Of a DNA stretch of 27,880 nucleotides, positions 11,273 to 23,500 are shown one piece after another; positions within the stretch are counted from its first letter, which is position 1, and every line of letters starts with the position of its first letter. A program made the translations under genes and the position numbers. Source of the stretch: Octopus sinensis (taxonomy: Eukaryota); the NCBI RefSeq assembly GCF_006345805.1, contig NW_021827566.1:1-27880 (forward strand), given 5' to 3'. The notes beneath the pieces were generated by a model. It was not told the DNA's origin. It worked only from the letters and a program-made list of their open reading frames with translations, and ran no database searches.

Positions 11273-11432
11273 TATATATATGTGTGAGTGTTTTTGTATA
11301 TGAATATACATTCAAACCTCAATATATATATATATATATATATAAGTAGATAGATAGATATACATTCATAAAAAATAAGTATATATTTAGATATTCTATT
11401 TAGAACACAATATATATATATATACATATACA

Positions 11433-11480
<48 letters not shown>

Positions 11481-11520
11481 ATATATTATATATATATTAT
11501 ATATATATATATATATATCT
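11273..11520. repeat. Interrupted (TA)n microsatellite field
   Basis: Directly visible. Confidence 0.9.
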
Positions 11521-11879
11521 ATACATAATTGGTATATAAATGTATATAAACAGATCTGTACGTGTGTTTATAGCAGGTGCTTAAAATAGCTCGCTTCTGA
11601 TAAGAAATATATTCGTGCGCAACCGTTCAGGTTAATACTAAGTGTATTTTTTACCCAAATATTCAACGAAGTACACAGCATTGCATGTAATATCTTTCAT
11701 TGAAATATATTAATCCACTTCTTTTAAAAGTATCGTTTTTACGATATATGCTATATCAAGGTATCTAACCATTACGATCACTGTCACCCTATCTATATAT
11801 CTATATCTCAATCAATTTCTCCCACACTCTATCTTTGTGTCCCTTCTTCTCACCTTCTCACATACACGCATAAACATGC

Positions 11880-12125
11880 ACACCCAGACACACACACACA
11901 CCACACGTGCAAGCATACACTGATAACTACATATATGCGCATATATATGTATGTCTATATACACATATATATATATACATATATTCATATTATATATATA
12001 TATATATATATATACATATATTATATATATATACATATATATGTAAGTATATATATATATATTATATATATAGATATATATATATATTCACTACATATAT
12101 ACGTATATATGTATGTGTGTAAATA

Positions 12126-12170
<45 letters not shown>

Positions 12171-12481
12171 ATATACATATATATATTACAGACACATATG
12201 TGGTATATATATGTACATACATATATATATATATACACATACGCATATATACACTGATAAGTGAATATATATACATACTGACAGAGAGAGGGGTGATGAA
12301 AGATATCTACCGATAAGTCTACCTGTTAAACTACACATTTGTTTCATTATCTGTCTGTCGATCTATCTGTCTAACTGAATATTTATCTATCTATAATGCA
12401 ACAGATTAATAAATGAATTGATAGACAAGCATACACATACACATATGGGCGTAGACATATACATATATGCATGGGTAAATG

Positions 12482-12574
<93 letters not shown>

Positions 12575-12724
12575 TATATGTATATATACGTATGTAGTAT
12601 ACGTGTAATGCATATGTAATGGCTATCTCCCAATCTCGTCACATTTCCATACATTCAGCAATTTTGTTTCGGAGATTTATTCATCCACTCTCTCTCTCTA
12701 TATATATATATTATCCTCTCTCTA

Positions 12725-12757
<33 letters not shown>

Positions 12758-12841
12758 ATCTATCGATCTATCTATCTATCGATCTATCTATCTATCTATC
12801 TAATCTATTCTCTATCTATCTATCTATCTATCTTATCTATC

Positions 12842-12872
<31 letters not shown>

Positions 12873-12952
12873 ATCTATCTATCTATCAATCTATTTATCT
12901 ATCCATCTATGTATCTATCTATCTATCTATCTATATATATATAGTATATATA

Positions 12953-12995
<43 letters not shown>
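11880..12995. repeat. Low-complexity field: (TA)n blocks and (TCTA)n at ~12720-12935
   Basis: Directly visible; source of the YI and SIYL ORFs. Confidence 0.9.
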
Positions 12996-13309
12996 CATAT
13001 TCCTATGTATTCTACGAACTTTTTCATTGGAAATATCTTATACTTTTAATATTTTTTAAAACCATTTTACAATTTCAAAACGCGGAAAGATTTTTCCGTT
13101 CTTTGCAATTTTTCCATTTCGGAATATTCAAAATTAAGTCAGCGATACAAGTACAGTGGAGTTTTACTGGAGGCTACAGCTACAATGTTATACGTTAATG
13201 GAGTCAATATATTTAATAGAAAACTTGTAGTACTTTCAATACGTTTTGAAACAGTAAGTATAGATACGGCAATGGAATACGGAATGAGGCTTAGTTATAT
13301 GCACGGTTA

Positions 13310-13437
13310 TACTATTGTGTTGTTGTTATGTATTATTATTATATCATTATTATCATTATTAATTATTATTATTATCATTATATCATATTATTATTATCAT
13401 TATTATTATTATTATTATATTATTATTATTATTATTC

Positions 13438-13469
<32 letters not shown>

Positions 13470-13525
13470 GTCGTTGTTGTTGTTGTTGTTATTAATATTA
13501 TTATTGCTGTTGTTGTCGTTGTTTT
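13310..13525. repeat. (ATT)n/(GTT)n trinucleotide microsatellite
   Basis: Directly visible. Confidence 0.95.
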
Positions 13526-13976
13526 TGTCGGTGTTGCGTATAAAAGCATTTATTTCTTTAGATGAGTCAACATGTATATATGTATGTGAAAATCAAAGTA
13601 TACATGTCTATATGCGTACAAGTTACATATCCAACATTTACGCATTCATATACGTAGGTGCACTTGCTTCAGTGTATTGTATTTATATGTCTGTATTCAT
13701 GTTGGTACATAAATATGGCTGAATTCATATACATATTAATGCATGCGCCAATGCGTTACCAATGTATGCACTGTGTGTGTATGCGTATGTATGATGTGTG
13801 CGCGTGTACGCGCAACCACATATGCTTATTTGCATAGAAATAATGAGGTAAATAGAGAGATGTATAGATTGATAGTGAGGTTGTAGACAAACATAGTGAG
13901 TGACAGAGAAGTGGACAAGGAGAAAAATAGGTGTATATATATGCATGCATAGTGATTAGTATAGACAAAACAGAAC

Positions 13977-14045
<69 letters not shown>

Positions 14046-14247
14046 CAGACAGACAGAGACGGAGAGAGACGGACAGACAGACAGACAAAGAGATAGCTAG
14101 CTAGATAAGTTTCTTTATTGGCCACACAGGCTGCACACAGATGGGACAACCCTGTGTGGCCAATAAAGAAACTTATCTAGCTAGCTATCTCTTTGTCTGT
14201 CTGTCTGTCCGTCTCTCTCTGTCTCTGTCTGTCTGTCTGTCTGTCTG

Positions 14248-14290
<43 letters not shown>
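13977..14290. repeat. Foldback inverted repeat
   Basis: 14062-14130 is the exact reverse complement of 14151-14219, with a 20-nt spacer. Symmetry continues outward through (GACA)n/(TGTC)n, (GA)n/(TC)n and (TA)n. Confidence 0.95.
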
Positions 14291-14291
<1 letters not shown>

Positions 14292-14505
14292 ATATATATA
14301 ATATATATATAATATATATAATATATAATCAAGATCTCCTTGATTATATCGAGGACAATGAAAACATTTTGAAAACTTTGCGTAGCCTCTGAGCAGGTAT
14401 CGCCAAGCTTTTGGCAAAATTTGAGCAGATTCTCTGCTCACTTTCTGACATGTTCAATGCGGCGATCACACGCTACACATGTGTGTAAATATATATATAT
14501 ATATA

Positions 14506-14581
14506 TACTTTTACTCTTTTACTTGTTTCAGTCATTTGACTGTGGCCATGCTGGAGCACCGCCTTCAGTCGAGAAAATCGA
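14506..14581 (-). mobile_element. 3' tail fragment of SINE family A
   Basis: tacttttactcttttacttgtttcagtcatttgactgtggccatgctggagcaccgccttcagtcgagaaaatcga matches the tails of the other family A copies. Confidence 0.85.
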
Positions 14582-14760
14582 ATCCAAACATGAAAGCACA
14601 AAGAGAAAACACAACAACGCGAGGACGTGGAACAAGTACAGTGTTATTGGACGCTCAGGAAAGGAAAGAAAGAAGGAGGATTTAACGTTTCGAGGTTCAA
14701 GGAAGAGAAGACGGAGAAAGAAAATCGCCAACGATACACACGCAGTCACATATTGAAGGT
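14582..14760 (-). mobile_element. Unclassified interspersed-repeat remnant, possibly Penelope-like terminal repeat
   Basis: Minus strand has a pyrimidine-rich stretch with CTCGAAACGTT, reminiscent of Penelope-type terminal repeats. Recall only; the CUGAnGA half of a hammerhead core is absent. Confidence 0.25.
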
Positions 14761-15589
14761 ATATATATACTTGCACTCTAACTATGGCGATGTGCTCCCG
14801 AAATGGCCATAGATGATGTGTTTAGTTTAATTGGTGAATCCTTACTCTTAATCTATTATATTCTATGTGGACATATTTTTTGATCGAAAAAAAAAACAAT
14901 TTTTTACTCATGGATTATTACCTTTTGGTGTGAGTGAAGTAAATATAACTTTTTAGTTATATTTAGGCGATTGAAGAAGAGAGAGAATTTCAAGTTAAAA
15001 ATTAACGCAAATTGTTACAGTAAAAATCACTTTTATCTCTTTTTCTCTTATATTTTGTAGTTTGCTTGTTGTTTTGCTGAACAATTAGACAACAGGTCTG
15101 TCTGTACGTGCTGTTGAGATAGATTTGAGTAAGTTAACAAAGCTGTTGGTTTTTGTTGGTTTAAATATGATGTTACTATGTTCTGTCAGACTTGCAACTT
15201 CTCCATTCTCACGTCGTTGTAACAGTTGGTCAGTTAGAATCATGATAATTGCTTTTCCTTTTGTTTAAAGAGTAAAACTGAGAAAGGAACTTGTCAACTT
15301 TTATTTATAGCAGCTGATGTTGATTCTGATGCCACCAATAGTGTTGTCGGCAAGATACAGTAACTTGATAAAAAGTTATAACCAAAGTACAGCATATCTT
15401 TACTTAAGTAATTTATTGCAAGACAAAATCGACTCAGTGTCTGCATTATATGTTGCCTTATTTACATTATCATTAATTTAATTTGTCAGTTAGTCTCCGA
15501 CATATTAATTTCCCAGCAATTAATGTTTAGTAAAATAAATTTTCTCAACATTTTGAAGCGAATTATATGAATGTATCTCACTCACATTC

Positions 15590-15704
15590 TATCTCTCACC
15601 CTCTCTCTCAATCTCTCTGTCTCGCTCTTTATATATATATGTATATTTACTTCTGTCCGTGCCTTTTTTCTCTCTCTAGATCTATCTATATATCTATCTA
15701 TCTT

Positions 15705-15763
<59 letters not shown>

Positions 15764-15852
15764 GTATATTTATCAATATATATACCTGTTTGTCAGTCTG
15801 TCTGTCTGTATATATATCTATTTGGTATCTATTTGTATACATCTTCTATATG

Positions 15853-15885
<33 letters not shown>

Positions 15886-16020
15886 ATATATTTCTATATA
15901 TATATATATATATATATACGTATGTATATATGTATATACATATGTATATATATATATAAATGCACACACACACAGACACATATATATAAATAGATATCAT
16001 AATCACAATTATATATATAA
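15590..16020. repeat. Compound (CT)n/(ATCT)n/(TA)n/(TG)n field
   Basis: Directly visible. Confidence 0.9.
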
Positions 16021-17050
16021 AAAATAACATAATCACGGTATGGAACTTGGGGAAGAAGATGCCGATGGAGATGAATTCAGCGTAGAATTTGAAATAGTCG
16101 AAGAGAACATTGTGAAATGTGAAAATGCCTACCATTCCCAGTCAAAGAATAATGGGGGAACAATTTTAAGAACGGATTCTAACGTTTGGCAGATTTCTCC
16201 TTTATTCCAAAGCCGCTGTTTGACGTAATTTCATAGATGTTGATATCATTCTGAACGAGTACATAAAGAATGAGTTCGTCACTACAAGTCAAAGAGGTCT
16301 AGGTTGACGACTCTCTTCACCCGTAATGATTAATCAGAAATGACAAATTCCAGCCCAACCACTTTTAAACTCTATGGAATTCTTCTCTAGCAAAAAAAAA
16401 ACAAAAAACAAAAACAACAACCTGCTGATCTCGTCGACTGCACTTGTCCCCTACTGAACGCTAACACGTAAAAGTTCAACTGGACGCACTGCCGATTGGC
16501 AGAGTGCTCAGCTTGTCTGACATCATTCCAGATGCCAAAATGCACAGTTATTATCTTCATTGGGCCGAAGAATTGAGCTCCGTCAAAAGTGACAGGTTGT
16601 AATCAAATGTACGTGAAAGGACGAACAAACCTTTAGCCATTCAAGATTCCCTTTGGTTGCTGCGTTTGTATGCTATTTTGTTTTTATACATCATTAGTAC
16701 TAGTACAGAATCCCACGTATGACGTGTTGCCGATGAACAGAAACTTGGCTGCGGAAGTGTTACATCAACGCGTGGCAAAAGAGTAGATGCTTCATTTTGG
16801 TGAGACGAAAACTACTTTACGCTGGTCAGATAAAATTATAAGTAATGTATCACCTCTGTTCATTATTCAAAGATAGCTACCTCTCAGCCCATTTCTGAAC
16901 GAGGATAGCCGCCCTTTACATAATCTATCCCTATTGCTAAATCACCAATTCTGAAAGAAAATCTTGAGTAATGAAGGTGGTCGATCATTTCAGCACCCCA
17001 CGATGATGGTCTCACCAGGTACTGAACTTCACGTTCAACTTTTTGAGCGC

Positions 17051-17165
17051 ATGTATGTATGTATGTATGTATGTATGTATGTATGTATGTATGTATGTAT
17101 GTATGTATGTATGTATGTATGTATGTATGTATGTATGCATGCATGTATGTATGTATGTATGTATG

Positions 17166-17199
<34 letters not shown>

Positions 17200-18585
17200 T
17201 GCAAGTATGTATGTATGTATGTATGTATGCATGTATGCAAGTATGTATGTATGTATGTATGTATATATGTATGTATGCTTGTATGTATGTATGCATGTAT
17301 GTATGTATGTATGTATATATGTATGTATGTATGTATGTGTGTATGTATGTATGCAAGTATGTATGTATGTATGTATGTATGTATGTATGTATTTATGTAT
17401 GTATGTATTTATGCAAGTATGTATGTATGTATGTACGTGTGTGTATGTATGTATGTATGTATGTATGTATGTATGCAAGTATGTATGTATGTATGTATGT
17501 ATGTATGTATGTATGTATGCAAGTATGTATGTATGTATGTATGCATGTATGCAAGTATGTATGTATGTATGTATATATGTATGTATGCTTGTATGTATGT
17601 ATGCATGTATGTATGTATGTATGTATGTATGCAAGTATGTATGTATTTATGTATGTATGTATTTATGCAAGTATGTATGTGTGTGTATGTATGTGTGTGT
17701 ATGTATGTATGTATGTATGTATGTATGTATGTATGTATGTATGTATGCAAGTATGTATGTATGTATGTATGTATGTATGTATGTATGTATGCATGTATGT
17801 ATGTATGCATGCATGTATGTATGTATGTATGTATGTATGTATGCAAGTATGTATGTATGTATGTATGCATGTATGCAATTATGTATGTATGTATGTATGT
17901 ATATATGTATGTATGCTTGTATGTATGTATGCATGTATGTATGTATGTATGTATGTATGTATGTATGTATGTATGTATGTATGTATGTATGCAAGTATGT
18001 ATGTATGTATGTATGTATGTATATATGTATGTATGCTTGTATGTATGTATGTATGTATGTATGTATGTATGTATGTATGTATGTATGTATGCAAGTATGT
18101 ATGTATGTATGTATGTGTGTGTATGTATGTATGTATGTATGTATGTATGTATGCAAGTATGTATGTATGTATGCATGTATGCAAGTATGTATGTATGTAT
18201 GTATATATGTATGTATGTATGTATGCATGTATGCAAGTATGTATGTATGTATGTATGTATGTATATATGTATGTATGCTTGTATGTATGTATGCATGTAT
18301 GTATGTATGTATGTATGTATGTATGTATGTATGTATGTACGTATGCAAGTATGTATGTATGTATGTATGTACGTATGTATGTATGTATGTATGTATGTAT
18401 GTATGTATGTATGTATGTATGTGTGTATGTATGTATGTATGTATGTATGTATGTATGTATGTATGTATGTGTGTATGTGTGTATGTATGTATGTATGTGT
18501 GTATGTATGTATGTATGTGTGTATGTATGTATGTATGTATGTATGTATGTATGTATGTATGTGTGTATGTGTGTATGTATGTATC
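17051..18585. repeat. ~1.5 kb (GTAT)n tetranucleotide array with recurring variant units (GCAA, GCAT, ATAT, GCTT, GTGT)
   Basis: Directly visible. The unit has no stop codon in several frames, which produces the 362-541 aa MYVC/HTYI ORFs. Confidence 0.97.
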
Positions 18586-19228
18586 ATAAAAGGAGTGGCG
18601 GATAGATGAAGCGAATGAGTAATAGAGAAAATATATGGACTTAAAGTCAGAAAGATAAATCTGAACAAAAACTGAAAAGACATGAAAAGACAGATTGAGA
18701 AAGCGACAGGTCGGCAAGATATTTATATGCAACACTAAATCAGTCGATTATTTCATCCATTTATTGGTTGCATTGAAACAAGCATCCAATTTAATTTAAG
18801 TGCAATATACTTCTCTTCTGTCCATCTTTGATATAAAGCCTTTGATAGCAGTTCCTAATTATATGCATAGTTCAAGGCCAGTCTCTTTACCCGTTACTAA
18901 CCTTTTGTTGACAGATGCTGACTTGTAAGCCATCAGCCGTTCGGTTATGGTTTGTGTGTGTACGTGTGCAGGTGTATATCGGTGTGTGTACTTACCTACA
19001 AATATATGTATAAATGTGTACATAGATGTCTATGTGTCTATATGTGTGTGTGCGCGCGCGTGCGTACGTATGTGTGTGTGTGTGTGTGTGTGTATTCCCT
19101 CTTAAGCCTATTAAAATATTGGCACTTCTTTATCCTATTTATAAGCAGTTTCATCTGTGACTGAAGCTACGAAACCATTGTACTAACACAGTCAATTTTA
19201 TAACGGACGAAGAATGAATCTCCACCCG

Positions 19229-19277
19229 TTTATCATTATTATTATTATTATTATTATTGTTATCATTATTATTATTT

Positions 19278-19308
<31 letters not shown>

Positions 19309-19552
19309 CATTATTATCATCATCATCATCATCATCATCATCATTGTTATCATAATAATTATTATTATTATCATTTTTTTAAATTGTTCTTATTTTTGTG
19401 ATCATGGCTTTTATTTTAAACAACACCAATCACCAGCACCACCACCATCATCATAACCATCATCAATATCATCAACGTCGTCATCATCATCACCACGACC
19501 ACCACCACCACCATCACCACAACCACCAGCACCACCATCATCATCATCATCA
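19229..19552. repeat. Compound (ATT)n/(ATC)n/(CAC)n trinucleotide field
   Basis: Directly visible. Confidence 0.95.
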
Positions 19553-19740
19553 TGTCCCGCATGCAATGATTTGCGGTAAAACGATGTTACGCTCGAGTTC
19601 AAATCACACTCAATTCAAACCTTAAATCTTCATATATACTGAAGGGGGGGAAAGGCGTGTATTCGACTATAGAACACCTAACATCATATGCGCGCGTGTG
19701 CGTGTGTGTGTACGTACAGAAAGACTGACAGACAGAAATA

Positions 19741-20056
19741 CCCTCGTGGGTCTGCAAAGCTCCCCTCCGAGGCACATGTCCGGGTAAAGTTTTTTTATGG
19801 AAGACCAGCAGTCACCAGTGCCTGTTACGTGTTACATAGTCTCCACCAGTGGTTGTTAACCCACGTGGCAGACTTTCAACATCCAAGTACAAATCTCAAA
19901 AGCCTTGCTGTTCCCAGCTTGCTCTTCTCTCAACTCAAATTCCGATTTCTCTGACATATTTCTCGAACTTGGTTGTTAGTGCACCGTGTGCCCCAACAAC
20001 AATTCGAATGACAGATACTCTCCTCAGTTCGCATGCTTGCAATTTCGTCTTTTATT
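19741..20056 (-). pseudogene. 3' end of a second REL-type (R4/Dong-like) LINE: C-terminus of the endonuclease plus 3' UTR
   Basis: Minus strand across frameshifts: KDEIASM...RVSVIRIVVGAHGALTTKFEKYVREIGI, matching the C-terminal VIP(I/V)V(V/I)GALG motif of these ORFs. Followed by ~130 nt of probable UTR and a (TGTC)n run. Confidence 0.7.
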
Positions 20057-20100
20057 ACATGGGTCCCCGTGCCGTCAAAACAACGGCATGAAAATTATAC

Positions 20101-20540
20101 TCTTTACTCTTTTTACTCTTTTACTTGTTTCAGTCATTTGAATGTGGCCATGCTGGAGCACCGCCTTTCTTTAGTCGAGCAAATCGACCCCAGGACTTAT
20201 TCGTTGTAAGCCTAGTACTTATTCTATCGGTCTCTTTTGCCGAACCGCTAAGTTACGGGGACATAAACACACCAGCATCGGTTGTCAAATGATGTTGAGG
20301 GGGGGGGGGACAAATACAGACACACAAACATATACACACACATACGTATATATATACATATATACATACATTTATACGACGGGCGTCTTTCAGTTTCCGT
20401 CTACCAAATCCACTCACAAAGCTTTGGTCGGCCCGAGGCTATAGTAGAAGACACTTGCCCAAGGTGCCATGCAGTGGGACTGAACCCGGTACTATGTGGT
20501 TCGTAAGCATGCTACTTACCACACAGCCACTCCTACGCCT
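20101..20540 (-). mobile_element. Composite tRNA-derived SINE family A, full length, inserted in the Helitron 3' UTR
   Basis: Head GGCGTAGGAGTGGCTGTGTGG, B box GGGTTCAGTCC, same structure as the 10856 copy. 7-bp TSD ATTATAC at 20094-20100 and 20541-20547. Confidence 0.92.
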
Positions 20541-20575
20541 ATTATACAGAAAATAAAATTAAAATATTAAAGCCT

Positions 20576-23500
20576 TTATCTTAATAGTTTCAACACAACG
20601 TTTGTAGTGAAAAACCTACCACTAATAAGTTCGCCATGTTTTCGATGGGTTTTTACCAGCATTTTAATATTGTTCCTGCTTGTACTTCTACTCAATGCAA
20701 CAAAGTTGTCCACGGCTGAATACTGGTGATGGTAGAATGATGTCAACATTATAGAAGCCCTACCCTTGTGACTTGTTAATAGTCATTGTGAATGTTGGGA
20801 TAATAGGAAACCGTCGCCTTTTCAAAATAAAGGAAAGGGTTGTCTCGGCGGGACGGAGGTTGATTCACGGAATAAAGGCCTCCTCTCCTTTCTTTCTTCC
20901 ACTAAGTATTTTCCATGAATGAAAATATCCTTGCATTGAGTCTGGGTCCCATTGAGTAAACCTTTCATTGGGTTCAGGTCCCTTAGCAACAAGACTATCG
21001 AATGCCTCTTCAAGGTCAATATATGACCTGGGTGGTATTCCAGAAAGCGTCAGTGGATTTAAAAACTCCACGGATAATGTATAACAGCTTCGCTATTTTC
21101 TTCAACAATGGTGTCAACGCTTCTGCAGATTGTTGCCTTGCCGGGCAATAATGACATTATGTCAGTGTTTATGTGAAGACAGTCGTTGTTTTTAGGTGTT
21201 AAAATGACTGTCGATGACACTCTTTCAACTGCCTCATCATTGTCTAGTAATAATTCTTCCCCAAAATCTCCTCTAATAATGTTATTTGTAGATACCGTGT
21301 TTTGGAGGATTTCTATGAGGTTTTCTTCCAGCCATTCATTGTTCGAGAGGGTTCCATTTCCAACACCTAAGAGCCACCTGTTGAAGTCATCTTATCCAAC
21401 AATACGCATATTTTCTCTCAAACTTACAAAATTCCAGAGAGGAGATTGCTTAAATGAGGATTCAATTACTACTGCATTCGATCCTCTCGGGATGATAAGT
21501 GCAGTTTGTCTGAAGTCTCCGCCAAGTAGCAGCGCTTTTCCACGGAATGGTCTGGGTGAATTCATTATTTGCCTCAGCAGCAGATCAATGGTTCTCAGAG
21601 CATAACATTGATGCTTCATCAATAATTAAAAGATGAGCTTGCTTTAATTTTTCAGATGACTCTGAAAAGATTGTCCATGTGAGAGGTGGAACTGTCATGC
21701 AATGGGACGGGTAGCTTGAGTCCACTGTGAACAGTCCTTCCATAGATGAGCAAACCAGCAGCTATGCCTGTAGTAGTGTAGGAAAGACACACCTGTTTTT
21801 GCCTTCTTAGAGAAGCTATCAATGTATTGTACAGGTAGGTATTTCCTGTACCTCATCGAGGAAAAAGAATCTACTCTGCCTTTCATCGTCATTGATAGCT
21901 GTAGTAATGTGTTCATAGACCTGGCGCTGAACCTCAGTGAAGGATGCAGTTCGCCGCTCAGTATCAAATCCTTCAACATTGTTCTTTTGTTCTTTTCAGT
22001 GGTTACTTCATGAAAGACTGCTGCAGCTGGGACTGGAAGATGTAAATCTCTGCAGCATAGTGCATGTACTCGCACTGTTGGCTCAATATAATTTAATGCT
22101 CTCTGGATGACCACCTCTTGGTGTTAATCCTTAATCATCCCCTCAAAGCAGTGGTACAGCTGTGAGGGTTAGCTGTGGTGCTGAAGATGCAAATGAGAGC
22201 AAACAATTGCCTTAGCTGAACTGGCATACTTGTAAGGGACGCTTCTTTTATGCACCTGAGTCATTCTTCATCATTTTGAACTAAATTTCCTAAGAGAGCA
22301 GCTTCTTTAAATGAGTTGCAGACTACACCATCTACTGTTTCGTTATCCTCATAACTTCGAGCTCCAGGAACAACAACAGTCGCAAGTAAAATCGTTCCAC
22401 ATCCTTCGGGTTAACGGTGTAGAGTCTGGAGACGACTTTATCGCTTCCTCTTTGTCTGCGCCTCCATAATATTAGTCTGCTTATAGAAGACATGACTCTA
22501 CGGAATATATGAATAATGCAAATTCTGGGCATTTTCATGTTTGATTCAGAAGATAGCAAGCGGTCAGTGATGCGTTCTTCTTTGTTGCTGCCTCCAGTAA
22601 CTCTCTCTCTCTCTCTTGACCCTCTTCAAAGTATACCAGTAGCTCTTATGACAGATGGGCGACCAGGCAAATAACTGAATGAGATCTGTCATGCATTTTA
22701 TTCTCAAGCAGGCGCCACATACTTTCAGGAGCACTCACATCTAAATGGTTGCATACTTCATCATGCACAATCTCATTGTTTGAAATTGTTTCATTGATGT
22801 CAACATTGATAGAGTCATATCCCTTGTAGATATATTTGTAAATATATTTCACAGAGACGAAGAGGCAAATCAGCACATATATGACCATTGAACTTGCGTC
22901 ACAGATATTTATTGTAGGGCACTACATATCGATTGTCTATTGAATGGTTGCGAACTCCAACTAATGCCCCTCGACGTCGCCTGTACAACGGGTAACCATT
23001 TCGGTTTATCCGTGTCTCTTGTTGATACTCCTTTGGAAATCTTTTAAGACGCTTGTTATTTTCTACTACTGTTTCATGTAGTAAGGGTTCAGTTACAGGA
23101 TACGGATTGTTGACACACACAATTTGATTGCAGGATCATCCAATTTATCATCAGGGTGCAAAATAATCAACAGGGGGACATGTAGTAAGACCCTAGTGAA
23201 ATCCAACATTGTAGCAGTAAGCAGTGACTCTTCCAAATATATGTTTTTTAGTGATGTCATTCAAAATTTCGTGCGGCTTTACATTAAATACACTGGCCGA
23301 CAAGTCCGGTGTAGCTGATGAAGTTTGACCTGGAAGTAAATTCTCTCTAACTTCTTGCCAATTAGGATTGCAGGTTACTGTGAGGAAGATGTCAGGAAGA
23401 CGATATATGTGTACAATAGCCGTGGTGTCTTGATGGCGCTCATACATATTCCAAGGAAATGATAAAGACAAGATAACTGTGCGTCCTACTTCAGCATCTG

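Noticed and set aside
14660-14720. Possible hammerhead ribozyme (CGAAAC on the minus strand)
   Set aside because: The CUGAnGA half of the core is missing, so no intact ribozyme can be drawn.
15035-15100. Possible small exon (ttttgtag...acaacag|gtctgt)
   Set aside because: Weak donor site, no ORF support, and such patterns are common in AT-rich DNA.
16040-16228. 62-aa acidic ORF (MELGEEDADGDEFSVEF...) as a possible exon
   Set aside because: No recognisable homology and no convincing splice pair. It may be a repeat remnant, which cannot be resolved without a search.
16964-18735. Long ORFs of 362-541 aa (MYVC/HTYI repeats) on both strands
   Set aside because: They are translations of the (GTAT)n array, whose unit has no stop codon in these frames. 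No domain, splice or codon evidence.
19398-19625. Poly-His ORF resembling a histidine-rich protein
   Set aside because: It comes from a compound CAT/CAC microsatellite contiguous with an (ATT)n tract, with no gene context.
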